Shown: positions 34,002 through 42,918, counted from the stretch's first letter. The stretch: DNA of 63,798 bases from Pseudomonadota bacterium (GCA_005804965.1 SYOC01000222.1:1-63798), one strand, 5' to 3'. Notes: generated by a model not told the origin, from the sequence alone. A program made the numbers and translations.

Positions 34002-34919
34002 TTAGCGCACGGGCAGCATCAGCCGTGCTTCTCCTGATTGCAACTCCACACCATCTTTCTGGATCGACACGACTTTGTAGCCTCCGATAGTATCGCCCTC
34101 GTGGGCCATGGTCAGAGGTCCGCCGTTCACTCGAATAAACGCGATCCGCTTCTCCGGATCGCTTGACCATTGCAACATACTGAGCGTTGTCTCGGTTGCC
34201 GAAGACGGGTCGCCCGTAGGGACTTCTTTCGTGTCTGGCGGTGCGGTGCGGGCCGGCGACGGTTGTTGGTGGCGCTGGCGCCATTCGCGTACGGTGGCAG
34301 ATTCGGTTGCCGGAGGCTCATCAGCTGAGACGGCTCCAACCATAACCCGTGGTCTGGCCGCAGCCTCTTTCGGTGGTGTCGGGAGCGGTGGCGGGGTGAA
34401 GGGCGAGCGTTGTACTGCCGACCCGGGAGGGGGACTGGGTGGTGGCGTTGCCTCTGGTGTGGGAAGGGTGGCGACCGGGATGGGTGGTAGATGCTCTTGA
34501 ACAAGGGTCGCGGCGGAGGGCCGCGGACTTGTCTGCTGTTGCGGCGGTGGGACTGGCGCGACCGGTGGTGTGACGGCTGCTGCCCGAGGCGTGGGGTCTG
34601 CTTTCGCTGGGACGCTGGGTGAGGCTGTTGGCGCAGGCGTTCGTGCGGTCGTTGTTGGGCGAGGCATGCTGCTGCGAGCAGGAGGGGCAACGTCCGGCTG
34701 CGACGGCCAAAAGAGGAAACTGGCTCCGGCAACGCCGCCCACCAGGAGACATCCCAGGAGGAGGGGGAACGCGAGACGTGTCTTTCGTTGCGCTTGCGGC
34801 AGTTGTGAAGGCAAGGTTGTTTTGAACGGAGATGAGAGCAGTAAACGCGACCGTACATCGGCGGTGCGCGAACGGCGCTCTTCCTCGATTTTGCGGAGGG
34901 CGTCAAGAATTGTGCTCAT
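34002..34919 (-). CDS. GspB/ExeB-like type II secretion accessory protein
   Basis: From the ATG at 34919 it begins MSTILDALRKIEEERRSR. It then has one TM segment, a long Pro-rich linker and a C-terminal region reading VNGGPLTMAHEGDTIGGYKVVSIQKDGVELQ. Confidence 0.65.
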   Translation of the reverse strand: MSTILDALRKIEEERRSRTADVRSRLLLSSPFKTTLPSQLPQAQRKTRLAFPLLLGCLLVGGVAGASFLFWPSQPDVAPPARSSMPRPTTTARTPAPTASPSVPAKADPTPRAAAVTPPVAPVPPPQQQTSPRPSAATLVQEHLPPIPVATLPTPEATPPPSPPPGSAVQRSPFTPPPLPTPPKEAAARPRVMVGAVSADEPPATESATVREWRQRHQQPSPARTAPPDTKEVPTGDPSSATETTLSMLQWSSDPEKRIAFIRVNGGPLTMAHEGDTIGGYKVVSIQKDGVELQSGEARLMLPVR

Positions 34920-36858
34920 GAGCGTGTTCCTGGCTAGGACTTTGGGCATCTTGTGATGTGGGTGGCGTGGTCTCGGGACTCGGGGAAGAAGAGGACGAGA
35001 CCGTCAGGCTCGGGCGCGTATAGCTACTCACGGCATTGTACAAGGAGATCATCGTCTGTGGCCCGACAACGCCATCAGGAGTAAGGCGGCGGCTCTTCTG
35101 AAACCGCGCCACGAGGTCCTCTGTCTTACGGCTGTACGTATCCAATCGCATATCTGGTGAGATCTGGACGTTGGCGTCTGGTGTCTGAGAAAGCAACTGA
35201 TAGAGCCGTTTCACCTGTTGCCCGACGCTCCCCACGCCGAGCGGAGCCCCGACATTCTCAAAATCTTTCCAAAAGAGGTGAGCTTTCCCGAACCAGTGAT
35301 CGGTGAGGACTGACACTGGCACATCCCACTCACGATCTAAGAGAAACCGGCAGCGGCCCTCGCTAATACCCACCAGCAGGGCAAAGCGAGGCTCGTGACT
35401 CGCGGGTGTCGTGAGTTCCAAGATGGCCGGGAGATCGAGCAAGGAGAGCAAATTGAACGCACTGTTGAGCGGCAGGTATTCTAAGCGTCGAGTTCGAGCA
35501 ATGGCGCTCAAGTCCATCGTGCCGCCACGCCATTCTTCGTTCTGCAGTGCTTTGACGTGCCAAGCGCGAAGCAAGGCGGCTGTGGATTGAACAGCACTCG
35601 CGACTGCTGTTTTCTGTTGAAGCGTTTGGAAGAATTCCTGATCTTTATCATTCTGTTCAGGCGAAGACGCCTGAGCTGCTGCGCCCAGTGGCAAGGCTGG
35701 CGGCGGTAACGCTTCTGCTAATAGTGTCGTTCCTGACGAAGGTGGGGGAGGGACATCGGGCGGTTGAGCAGATGGGGCGGCGTTGGTATTCACTGCGATG
35801 GATGAGGTTGCTGCCGGTGCGGGCGGCTGTGGGCCCGAGTTCGCTGGCGTGAGAGCCGGCGGTGCCGGTGCAACCATTGGCGCGGGTGGAGCTTCGGAGA
35901 CCACGACCGGTGGTTGTTTCATTTGCGAGCGCGGGAAGAACCACCCATGCGTGGAGGCAAAGGCGAGCATCGCTGCGACGAGCAGGACGAGGCCCCCAAC
36001 CACTGCCGGGGACGAAAGAAAGCTGGGAAGGCGGGACGCAAAACTCGGTTCCTCACGGCCCAATTCTTTAGCGGCTTGGAGAATGGCGTCACGTTCGATC
36101 CGCCGTTCTTCTCGGGTATAGCCAATCAGCAGTGCGCGATGGCAAAGAATGTTCACGAGCCGGGGAATGCCGTGCGAGATGCGATAGACCGTCGTGAGCG
36201 CGTCGGCAGAAAAATGCACCAGTTCCCGACCGTCGGCCGCCACACGTACTCGGTGGCGAACATATGACTTGGTCTCGTCCTCGTTGAGTGGACCGAGATG
36301 CCAGCGCAGCGTGACTCGTTGGTCGAGCTGCGCGAGGTCGGGGCGAGCGAGAATGTCGCGTAGCTCGGGTTGGCCGACCAACATGATTTGCAGCAGCTTG
36401 GCTCGCTCGGTTTCGAGATTCGACAAGAGCCGAAGCTGCTCCAAGACACTGGGCTCAAGGTCCTGTGCTTCATCGACAATCACGACGACGCGGCGACCCT
36501 CGGCTTGCTGGTCGAGCAAGAAGCGATTCAGCGCTTCAATCAGCTCCTTCTTGCTCGTCGAAGAAGAAGGAATCCCAAGGTCGGCATTAATAGTCTGGAG
36601 CAGCTCCACCGCCGACAGCGCGGGGTTGAAGATGTAGGCGACGATAGTGCTGCTGTCGAGATTACGGACAAGCGTGCGCAGGAGCATCGTCTTACCGGCA
36701 CCGATCTCGCCGGTGATGACCACGACTCCGCTGCCTTCTCTGACGCCGAACAGCAGATGGCCCAACGCCTCTTGGTGATTGGTGCTGAGAAAAAGATAGT
36801 CAGGGTCCGGGGTTAATCGGAAGGGATTGTCGCGGAACCCGTAAAATTCCTCGTACAT
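34903..36858 (-). CDS. ExeA/GspA-like AAA ATPase with C-terminal peptidoglycan-binding domain
   Basis: From the ATG at 36858 it begins MYEEFYGFRDNPFRLTPDPDYLF. Walker A is GEIGAGKT. It has a TM segment, a Pro-rich linker and a PG_binding_1-like tail (LTPDGVVGPQTMISL). Confidence 0.85.
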   Translation of the reverse strand: MYEEFYGFRDNPFRLTPDPDYLFLSTNHQEALGHLLFGVREGSGVVVITGEIGAGKTMLLRTLVRNLDSSTIVAYIFNPALSAVELLQTINADLGIPSSSTSKKELIEALNRFLLDQQAEGRRVVVIVDEAQDLEPSVLEQLRLLSNLETERAKLLQIMLVGQPELRDILARPDLAQLDQRVTLRWHLGPLNEDETKSYVRHRVRVAADGRELVHFSADALTTVYRISHGIPRLVNILCHRALLIGYTREERRIERDAILQAAKELGREEPSFASRLPSFLSSPAVVGGLVLLVAAMLAFASTHGWFFPRSQMKQPPVVVSEAPPAPMVAPAPPALTPANSGPQPPAPAATSSIAVNTNAAPSAQPPDVPPPPSSGTTLLAEALPPPALPLGAAAQASSPEQNDKDQEFFQTLQQKTAVASAVQSTAALLRAWHVKALQNEEWRGGTMDLSAIARTRRLEYLPLNSAFNLLSLLDLPAILELTTPASHEPRFALLVGISEGRCRFLLDREWDVPVSVLTDHWFGKAHLFWKDFENVGAPLGVGSVGQQVKRLYQLLSQTPDANVQISPDMRLDTYSRKTEDLVARFQKSRRLTPDGVVGPQTMISLYNAVSSYTRPSLTVSSSSSPSPETTPPTSQDAQSPSQEHAHEHNS

Positions 36859-37096
36859 AGCGTGAATACGACGGAAAGCCTTCAAGGTAAATTCATCGTG
36901 CCCTCGGGCAGAAGGGATCTGTCTTGCCCGCATGGACGATGTTGCTGGCCATCATGGACCGGCACGATAGAAGGAGTCAAGGTGCATGCCGTTGCTTCAC
37001 TCGGGCAAGAATCTTGGCTTTTGCAAGAAAATACCTTACAGGTAGGGACGCGAGATGTCGCATCCCGGCGGTCGGGGAGAATGGAGAAAGATACTC

Positions 37097-37459
37097 ATGC
37101 GCGATTTGTTGGCGCTCAATCGAGAGTCTTTAGTAGAAGTCACCGTGATCGGACGAAAGAGCGGGAAGCCGCACAGCGTGAAGATTTGGTTCGCTGCCGA
37201 CAGTGAAAAAGTCTACGTCACCTCTGGACGCGGGCTAGGTGCGCAGTGGATCAAGAATCTACAAAAGAATCCGCAGGTAACGCTACGCATTGGTGCGACG
37301 ATCTTGAAAGGCACCGCCGCATGGCGCGAAGGTCCAGAAGTTCGAGCGAACATCTTCCCTTTATTCTTCAAGAAATATTTTTCGGCGCGTCTCTTTAGCT
37401 GGATTTTGGGATGGTATAAACAAGAATTCGCGTTTGAGATTACACCCGACGCAGAGTAA
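37097..37459 (+). CDS. DUF385 deazaflavin-dependent nitroreductase-family protein
   Basis: VTVIGRKSGKPHSVKIWFAADSEKVYVTSGRGLGAQWIKNLQKNPQVTL is typical. Confidence 0.75.
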   Translation: MRDLLALNRESLVEVTVIGRKSGKPHSVKIWFAADSEKVYVTSGRGLGAQWIKNLQKNPQVTLRIGATILKGTAAWREGPEVRANIFPLFFKKYFSARLFSWILGWYKQEFAFEITPDAE

Positions 37460-37471
37460 AGGAAGACGACC

Positions 37472-38095
37472 ATGGTTGCTGTTCCTTCGCAAATTCCCGT
37501 GCCTCCCAGCGAAAACATCGGCGTGTCGATTGACTATCTCTGGCGTTGCAGCGTCGAGCAGTACCACGCCATGATCCAAGCCGGCATCCTCACTGAGGAT
37601 GACCCGGTCGAACTGCTCGAAGGATGGGTGGTCACGAAAATGCCAAAGAACCCAAGACATAGTGCGGTGACGCATATCATCCAGGGGACTTTTGCTCGCA
37701 TCTTGCCCACAGACTGGCATGCGCGAGTGCAAGAGCCGATCACGACAATAACGAGCGAACCCGAACCAGACGTGGTCATTGCCCGAGGGAACTTGCGCCA
37801 GTATTTCGACCGCCACCCCGGCCCTCAAGATCTGGCACTGGTTGTCGAAGTCGCGGATTCGTCATTACGGCGCGACCGTATGTTGAAGAAGCGGCTCTAC
37901 GCTGCTGCTGGCATCCCGGTGTACTGGGTGGTGAATCTCACCGACGCTTGCATCGAAAGCTACAGCGAGCCTTCCGGCGCAGCGGAACAGCCCGACTATC
38001 GGCGTCAGCAGGTATACAGCTTGGCAGAAGAGATTGCGGTCACGCTTGACGGCAAAGAAGTCGCCCGCCTCTCCGTGCAGGAATTGCTGACCTGA
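37472..38095 (+). CDS. Uma2-family (DUF820) PD-(D/E)xK endonuclease
   Basis: Carries VELLEGWVVTKMPKNPRH, PEPDVVI and LVVEVADSSLRRDR..K..YA.AGIPVYWVVNL. Confidence 0.85.
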   Translation: MVAVPSQIPVPPSENIGVSIDYLWRCSVEQYHAMIQAGILTEDDPVELLEGWVVTKMPKNPRHSAVTHIIQGTFARILPTDWHARVQEPITTITSEPEPDVVIARGNLRQYFDRHPGPQDLALVVEVADSSLRRDRMLKKRLYAAAGIPVYWVVNLTDACIESYSEPSGAAEQPDYRRQQVYSLAEEIAVTLDGKEVARLSVQELLT

Positions 38096-38179
38096 GACAC
38101 GGCGACCCGCTGGAGCGCGACCTTCCGAAATGGCCCGACTCAGTGATCGGCCACTGTGGGATATCCAGTTGGCGGAGTA

Positions 38180-38260
38180 GGTGGAGAAGCAGAATGTCTA
38201 CGGCTCGGTGGAGAAGCAGAATGTCTACGGCTCGGTGGAGAAGCAGAATGTCTACGGCTC
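38180..38260. repeat. perfect tandem repeat, 3 x 27 bp
   Basis: GGTGGAGAAGCAGAATGTCTACGGCTC occurs three times with no mismatch and no spacers. The rightmost copy supplies the last codons and the TAG of the 132-aa ORF on the minus strand. Confidence 0.95.
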
Positions 38261-38650
38261 GGCTCTAGCAAGAAGAGAGATCGGTTGGTCTTCCAGGATC
38301 GTGCGCACGTGATCCGAGGCGGCCAAAGCAGAGATGCCGGCAAGTGTCGTTTCGACTGGGATACTACCTAGAGCATTTACGTCAGCCAGTCTTTTTCCGC
38401 CGAAGCGTTCGAGAATACGGTCGATAGCGTCGAGTGCCTGACCGGAAGATTGACGAATAAGCGTGATGGCTTCCTGGCGAGCATGTCGTGAGCGCACTCT
38501 CTCGGCAGCGGATTGCAGTCCTCCATGCGATTGCAAGAGAAGAATGGCGCGGATTTTTTGCCCCGATTTGAGGCGTCCGAGTCGGGCGGCAAATTCCTGG
38601 CTGATCTTCGACTGCGGAGCAGTCACAATTCCACGCGACATGTCGGTCAC
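38252..38650 (-). CDS. free-standing subtilase pro-domain (I9-inhibitor-like) protein
   Basis: 132 aa with no signal peptide. SIPVETTLAGISALAASDHVRTILEDQPISLL aligns by eye with IAKVEVTSKTLTTLAEQPNVIAILPNQKIQLL at the end of the N-terminal extension of the adjacent S8 protease. It starts 18 nt after the S8 stop. Confidence 0.5.
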   Translation of the reverse strand: MTDMSRGIVTAPQSKISQEFAARLGRLKSGQKIRAILLLQSHGGLQSAAERVRSRHARQEAITLIRQSSGQALDAIDRILERFGGKRLADVNALGSIPVETTLAGISALAASDHVRTILEDQPISLLARAEP

Positions 38651-38668
38651 TATACGCTTCTCTCTTCC

Positions 38669-40024
38669 TCATGAAAGAGCTTTGAGCGCTTCGAGTGGGC
38701 GGATGGCACCGTATCCCCAGCGATTATCGGGGCGGCGTTCATTGCCTGCTGGATGCTTGGCTGTCTCTTTCATCGCTTGCATGATTGCACTGACTGGAGC
38801 CTCCGGTTTTGCTGCCATCAACAACGCAGCAACCCCGGCAGCATGCGGCGTCGCCATCGAAGTACCGTCCATGTAGGTATACTCGAAGACGGAGCCGCCA
38901 TTTTTTTCGGGAGGAATACAGGAAAAAACTTGTACCCCAGGCGCGACAACGTCCGGCTTTGTGACTAACGCAGGTTCGGACCCGGGAAAGGCGAGACTTG
39001 CACCACTGCTGAAAGAAGCTACCGTCGTTTTTCCGCCGCTAACTTTTTCTAGTGCTCCGATGGAGAAAGCATTGTGAGCATTGCCGGGGGAACTGGTATT
39101 GCCGTGGTTTTCGTTACCAATGGCCACGACGGGTAAGATGCCGTACTGATCGAAAAGAACGGCAAACACCTCGGCGAAGAGCGGTTCATAATGAGGAAAG
39201 CCAAGGGACATGCTAATAATGTCCGCCCCTTTTTCGACCGCCCAAGACAAACCTTCCATGAGCGTCTGAACAGTTGCATCTCCGATGAGCACCCCGGCGA
39301 CTAGGAGGGCGGCTTCTGGCGCAACACCAATCGCCACCCCTTGGTCTGTCGTTCCTCCGGCGATAGTGCCGCAGACATGCGTGCCATGCTGCCCGCTATC
39401 GAAGGTCGGCGTGGCAGTGATACGCCTGCCCAACGGATCAACAAGGAGAAAATCTTTGACTTTCCCGTTGAGTACAGGGTGTTCGCCGTGGACGCCGGTG
39501 TCGAGGACCGCGACGTTGATGTCTTTTCCCTTCGTCGCCGCCCATAATTCTGGGATACCGAGTTGCTTGAGACCCCAGGTCATTTTGTCTTTTGCCTCTT
39601 GCCTGAGCAACGCGTTGTAGTCCACTGCTTTTGGTTGCAAGAGCTGGATCTTCTGGTTGGGGAGAATCGCGATGACATTGGGTTGCTCGGCCAGGGTTGT
39701 GAGAGTTTTAGATGTGACTTCCACTTTGGCGATGGGCAGCGCGTTATTCCCAATACCGGTTGTAGCGAGTGGTTGGCGAGTGGCGAAATGTTTTGCGCCT
39801 GCCTTTTGATAGTCTTCGAACAGCTTCGCCTGAATGGGCTGCTGGAGAGCGGCTTTTCTTTTGATGGAGTCGAGGCGCTGCTTCAATACACGCAGACGGC
39901 CACGGACTCGAGGCTCTTCGTTGCTTGGTGTACGATAAATCACGATCGCATCGCGCTTGTCGTTAGGGCCGCTGCCCGCGAGAAACGGCGCGAACGCCGG
40001 TGAAATTCTGCTCTCTACAGTCAT
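38669..40024 (-). CDS. S8-family subtilisin-like serine protease, no signal peptide
   Basis: Triad motifs are VAVLDTGV (Asp), HGTHVCGTIAG (His) and GTSMATPHAAG (Ser). There is an N-terminal ~125-aa pro-domain-like extension. The start overlaps the NACHT gene stop (ATGA at 40021-40024). Confidence 0.9.
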   Translation of the reverse strand: MTVESRISPAFAPFLAGSGPNDKRDAIVIYRTPSNEEPRVRGRLRVLKQRLDSIKRKAALQQPIQAKLFEDYQKAGAKHFATRQPLATTGIGNNALPIAKVEVTSKTLTTLAEQPNVIAILPNQKIQLLQPKAVDYNALLRQEAKDKMTWGLKQLGIPELWAATKGKDINVAVLDTGVHGEHPVLNGKVKDFLLVDPLGRRITATPTFDSGQHGTHVCGTIAGGTTDQGVAIGVAPEAALLVAGVLIGDATVQTLMEGLSWAVEKGADIISMSLGFPHYEPLFAEVFAVLFDQYGILPVVAIGNENHGNTSSPGNAHNAFSIGALEKVSGGKTTVASFSSGASLAFPGSEPALVTKPDVVAPGVQVFSCIPPEKNGGSVFEYTYMDGTSMATPHAAGVAALLMAAKPEAPVSAIMQAMKETAKHPAGNERRPDNRWGYGAIRPLEALKALS

Positions 40025-42882
40025 GTTCGGGTCCCTCCGTCATGAACCTTTCGAGTACGTTTTTTGCCGGGAGTTTTCGTTGCCGCTCGCTTGCTTCTCT
40101 CGTTGGCAATTGCTTGCTCCAAGGAATCCGCCCACGAGGTTAGGGCTTGAATAGCGCGGTCTAGCCTTCTGTTACTTGTTCCCTCGGGTTTGTGCTGCCA
40201 GGTTTCGCGCAACCGTTTTGCTAACTCGCGCGTGAGTGAGGCAAATTCTGGCCAAGTCGTCTTGTCGAGAGGAAGTTGGCTTTTGCTGCGGTCTGTAAAA
40301 AACTCAGCCCCATTAAAGTTCCACAGCTTGATAGTATTCTCTTCGATAACAAGAGTACGCAAGATCTGGAGTAAGGCAGCATCAAGACCGGGAGAAACTC
40401 TCAAACCTGTCGATTCTTGACGAGAACGAACAGATCGCTCTGACAGCCCAGCCAACGCAACCAGGGCTTGTGATTCGTAATGCGCCTCATTCGCAAATCG
40501 AGGTCCTGGAGCGGCGTACATTGCGTCGTCGTGAGCAAGAACGGTGAGTTCGATATCCGAGCCGAAAGCATGTAAAAGATGGATTAGCTCTCCGAGCGCA
40601 AATGGGTTTAAGTGGTGCCAATTCTTGGTTCGCTCTGCGATGTTTCTTAGGTTCAATTGGTCTGGGTGGTCCTGTAACCAATGATGAGATTCGCTGATAC
40701 TCAGGTTGCTGTTTATCGTGCCGATTCGCGAATTTGCGATAGGAGCGACTTCTTCAGGGGCAAAACGTACAAGGGAACAGGTTCCATCCTCTGGTGCAAT
40801 GGCAATTCGTTCCAACACCGTCCGACGGAAAGGGGTGTCTTGCGACAACTCAGGACCAGCCGACAGATACGCCTCTGCTAGTACGGCAGCGAGTTCACGG
40901 GAGTCTGGTTGGGCAATCAGTTGCTCGATCATCTCTTTTGCTGCTGGTGTCGAGGCCAAGCCGCAATAGAGGGCAATGACTTCTTTCCAACGACCATCGG
41001 CATGTTCGCGGGCCAAGCGAGCAACGTCACCGCCGAGTCTATTACCTTCGTAAATAGCCCGCGCTGCCAAATACTCCTGAAAGGTGAGGTGGGCGAAGGC
41101 GAAAATTCCTGGGCGACGTTCCAGCAGCAAACCTGTGCGATAGCGAATGTGTTCGAGGAGGAGCTTCGCCCGGGCAGGATCTTGCAACACGAGGGCGAAG
41201 ACTTGCTGCACTTTGTCGGCTTCGTACTCTGCACGGTCTTCAGCCTGCATGGCCAAGGCGACCTCGCGACAAATCCGTAGCTTTTCCTCTAGGGTAAATT
41301 CGGAATGGATACCGCGTCGCTGGTCCCAATGGTGCAATAAACCCTCGACGCACAGTCGATACAGGACGGCCCGATCTTTCGGGAGTTCACCTCCTTCAAA
41401 GTAGTTCACCAAGCAAATGGCCGAGAGCATCAATGGGTTCCGCGCCAAGTTGCGAATATAGGGGTGGGCGCTGAAGCCTTGAACGATCCGCTCCCCATCG
41501 TTAGCGCCTTCGCGACGGGCTTCTTCTTCCGGCTCATTACGAGCAAGGCGGACGGACGTACACCAATGGCGGCAATACTCGCTTATCTCGGCATCGTCGA
41601 AATCTTGCAGGTCACATTCGACAAATCCGGCAGCTGTGAGTGCTCCGGGTGGATATCCGACCGGGCGAGAAGAAATCAGATAGCAGCAATGTGGATATTC
41701 CCGGCAGAGATCGTGGAGCCAGGGGAGAATATAGCGGTCGCGTAAGTCTGGTTCGGTTTCATCAAGGCCGTCGAGCATGAGAAGCACGCGGCCTTCCGCC
41801 ATTTGTCGATCAAGCCAGCCGGGAGGCATGCGGGTGACACGATCTTGGCTGGCCGTTGCCTTCTCGACTAATGCTGCTCCGCGCGGAAGATTGCGAGGAT
41901 CGAGCTGACGAATGCGCAACAGCAACGGGATTGCCTGTTGGCCGGACAGGACGAATTCTTCTTCTCCCGATGCGAGCCGCAGTTGTAACCATTCGAGGAA
42001 CGTGGATTTCCCACTGCCTGGGATGCCCACGATAATGTTGCGGGAGTGGTCTTTCATCTGCTGGAGAGCAGACGTGCCTTCTGGCTTGGCTTTCTCGTTC
42101 TCCGAGGTGCGTCTTGATTCATGAAAGCTGCCAAAAAACTCGCGGGCAACTGCCAGATTCATGAGGGTGTCTGCCTCGGTAGCATTGGTTTTAGGACCTT
42201 TGCTTGTCGGTGGTCGCACGCGTAACCGAGGCGTGACGAAAAGTTCGCGGAGATCAACGTTGAGATTCGTCGTCATCCGTACAGTCCCGGCCTCAATCCG
42301 ATGGAACCGTTGGAGCAGGTAGTCGCGATACGAGAGTTCGTAGCCTCCGTCTGCCGCAGTTTGGCCAGCGTGGCCCAAAGCCGCAAGCTGTTCGCTAATT
42401 TGATTCAGGTTGTTGACGATGCGGTTGGGCAGTTCATAGGTGACCGAGAAGTTCAGCTTTTGCCATTCGGTCATGACCGGACCAACCAGCATCAACACCT
42501 GCATGATGGAATGCAAAGAGAGTCGATAGATTACATCCTGTCCTTCTTGCTGAACCGACGCAGGGCAAGGCAAGTGTTGCAGTAGGGTCTCGACGATAGT
42601 CTCGGGGGCGATATTGGGGTTCGTGATATCGTCCAGCTTGATCCGGGTGGTCAACCCAGCGAATCCAGACAAGAGACGAGCGACTTGCTGCTCAGTGAGC
42701 TGCTCGTTGAGGTAATAGCGAGTAAGCGACTGAGAAGCGGCGTCGGCGGCTCCATCAACTTGACGGAGTACCGCTTTCTGCTTGAGGCGGTCATTGATTC
42801 GTAGCTGGAACGGACGGGAAAAAATGTGATCGAAAAGCCCGGAGTAAAAATCGATGACTTGATCGGCGATTGCAGATGTCAT
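40021..42882 (-). CDS. NACHT-family STAND NTPase with helical N-terminal domain and non-repeat C-terminal domain
   Basis: 953 aa. Walker A is GIPGSGKST (42001-42027) and Walker B is VLLMLDGLDE. The downstream NACHT-like helical region reads NPLMLSAICLV. I recognise no TPR/WD/HEAT/LRR repeats in the last ~330 aa. Confidence 0.85.
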   Translation of the reverse strand: MTSAIADQVIDFYSGLFDHIFSRPFQLRINDRLKQKAVLRQVDGAADAASQSLTRYYLNEQLTEQQVARLLSGFAGLTTRIKLDDITNPNIAPETIVETLLQHLPCPASVQQEGQDVIYRLSLHSIMQVLMLVGPVMTEWQKLNFSVTYELPNRIVNNLNQISEQLAALGHAGQTAADGGYELSYRDYLLQRFHRIEAGTVRMTTNLNVDLRELFVTPRLRVRPPTSKGPKTNATEADTLMNLAVAREFFGSFHESRRTSENEKAKPEGTSALQQMKDHSRNIIVGIPGSGKSTFLEWLQLRLASGEEEFVLSGQQAIPLLLRIRQLDPRNLPRGAALVEKATASQDRVTRMPPGWLDRQMAEGRVLLMLDGLDETEPDLRDRYILPWLHDLCREYPHCCYLISSRPVGYPPGALTAAGFVECDLQDFDDAEISEYCRHWCTSVRLARNEPEEEARREGANDGERIVQGFSAHPYIRNLARNPLMLSAICLVNYFEGGELPKDRAVLYRLCVEGLLHHWDQRRGIHSEFTLEEKLRICREVALAMQAEDRAEYEADKVQQVFALVLQDPARAKLLLEHIRYRTGLLLERRPGIFAFAHLTFQEYLAARAIYEGNRLGGDVARLAREHADGRWKEVIALYCGLASTPAAKEMIEQLIAQPDSRELAAVLAEAYLSAGPELSQDTPFRRTVLERIAIAPEDGTCSLVRFAPEEVAPIANSRIGTINSNLSISESHHWLQDHPDQLNLRNIAERTKNWHHLNPFALGELIHLLHAFGSDIELTVLAHDDAMYAAPGPRFANEAHYESQALVALAGLSERSVRSRQESTGLRVSPGLDAALLQILRTLVIEENTIKLWNFNGAEFFTDRSKSQLPLDKTTWPEFASLTRELAKRLRETWQHKPEGTSNRRLDRAIQALTSWADSLEQAIANERSKRAATKTPGKKRTRKVHDGGTRT

Positions 42883-42888
42883 GCTCAG

Positions 42889-42918
42889 TTTTTAGCGAGG
42901 TTCGGCGCGGAATGTCAA
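42889..42918 (-). promoter_or_regulatory. promoter candidate TTGACA-18 nt-TAAAAA ending 6 nt before the NACHT ATG (leaderless mRNA?)
   Basis: The -35 element is at 42913-42918 and the -10 at 42889-42894, both on the minus strand. There is no Shine-Dalgarno between the -10 and the ATG at 42882. Confidence 0.35.

Noticed and set aside
34127-34906. 259-aa and 143-aa alternative-frame ORFs inside the GspB-like gene
   Set aside because: They are products of the Pro/Ala/Arg-rich repetitive linker region. The frame beginning MSTILDALRKIEEERR and ending in the conserved GspB C-domain is the coherent one.
38180-38260. Possible CRISPR array
   Set aside because: The three 27-bp units are directly adjacent with no spacers, and there are no cas genes in the window. 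It is a simple tandem repeat.
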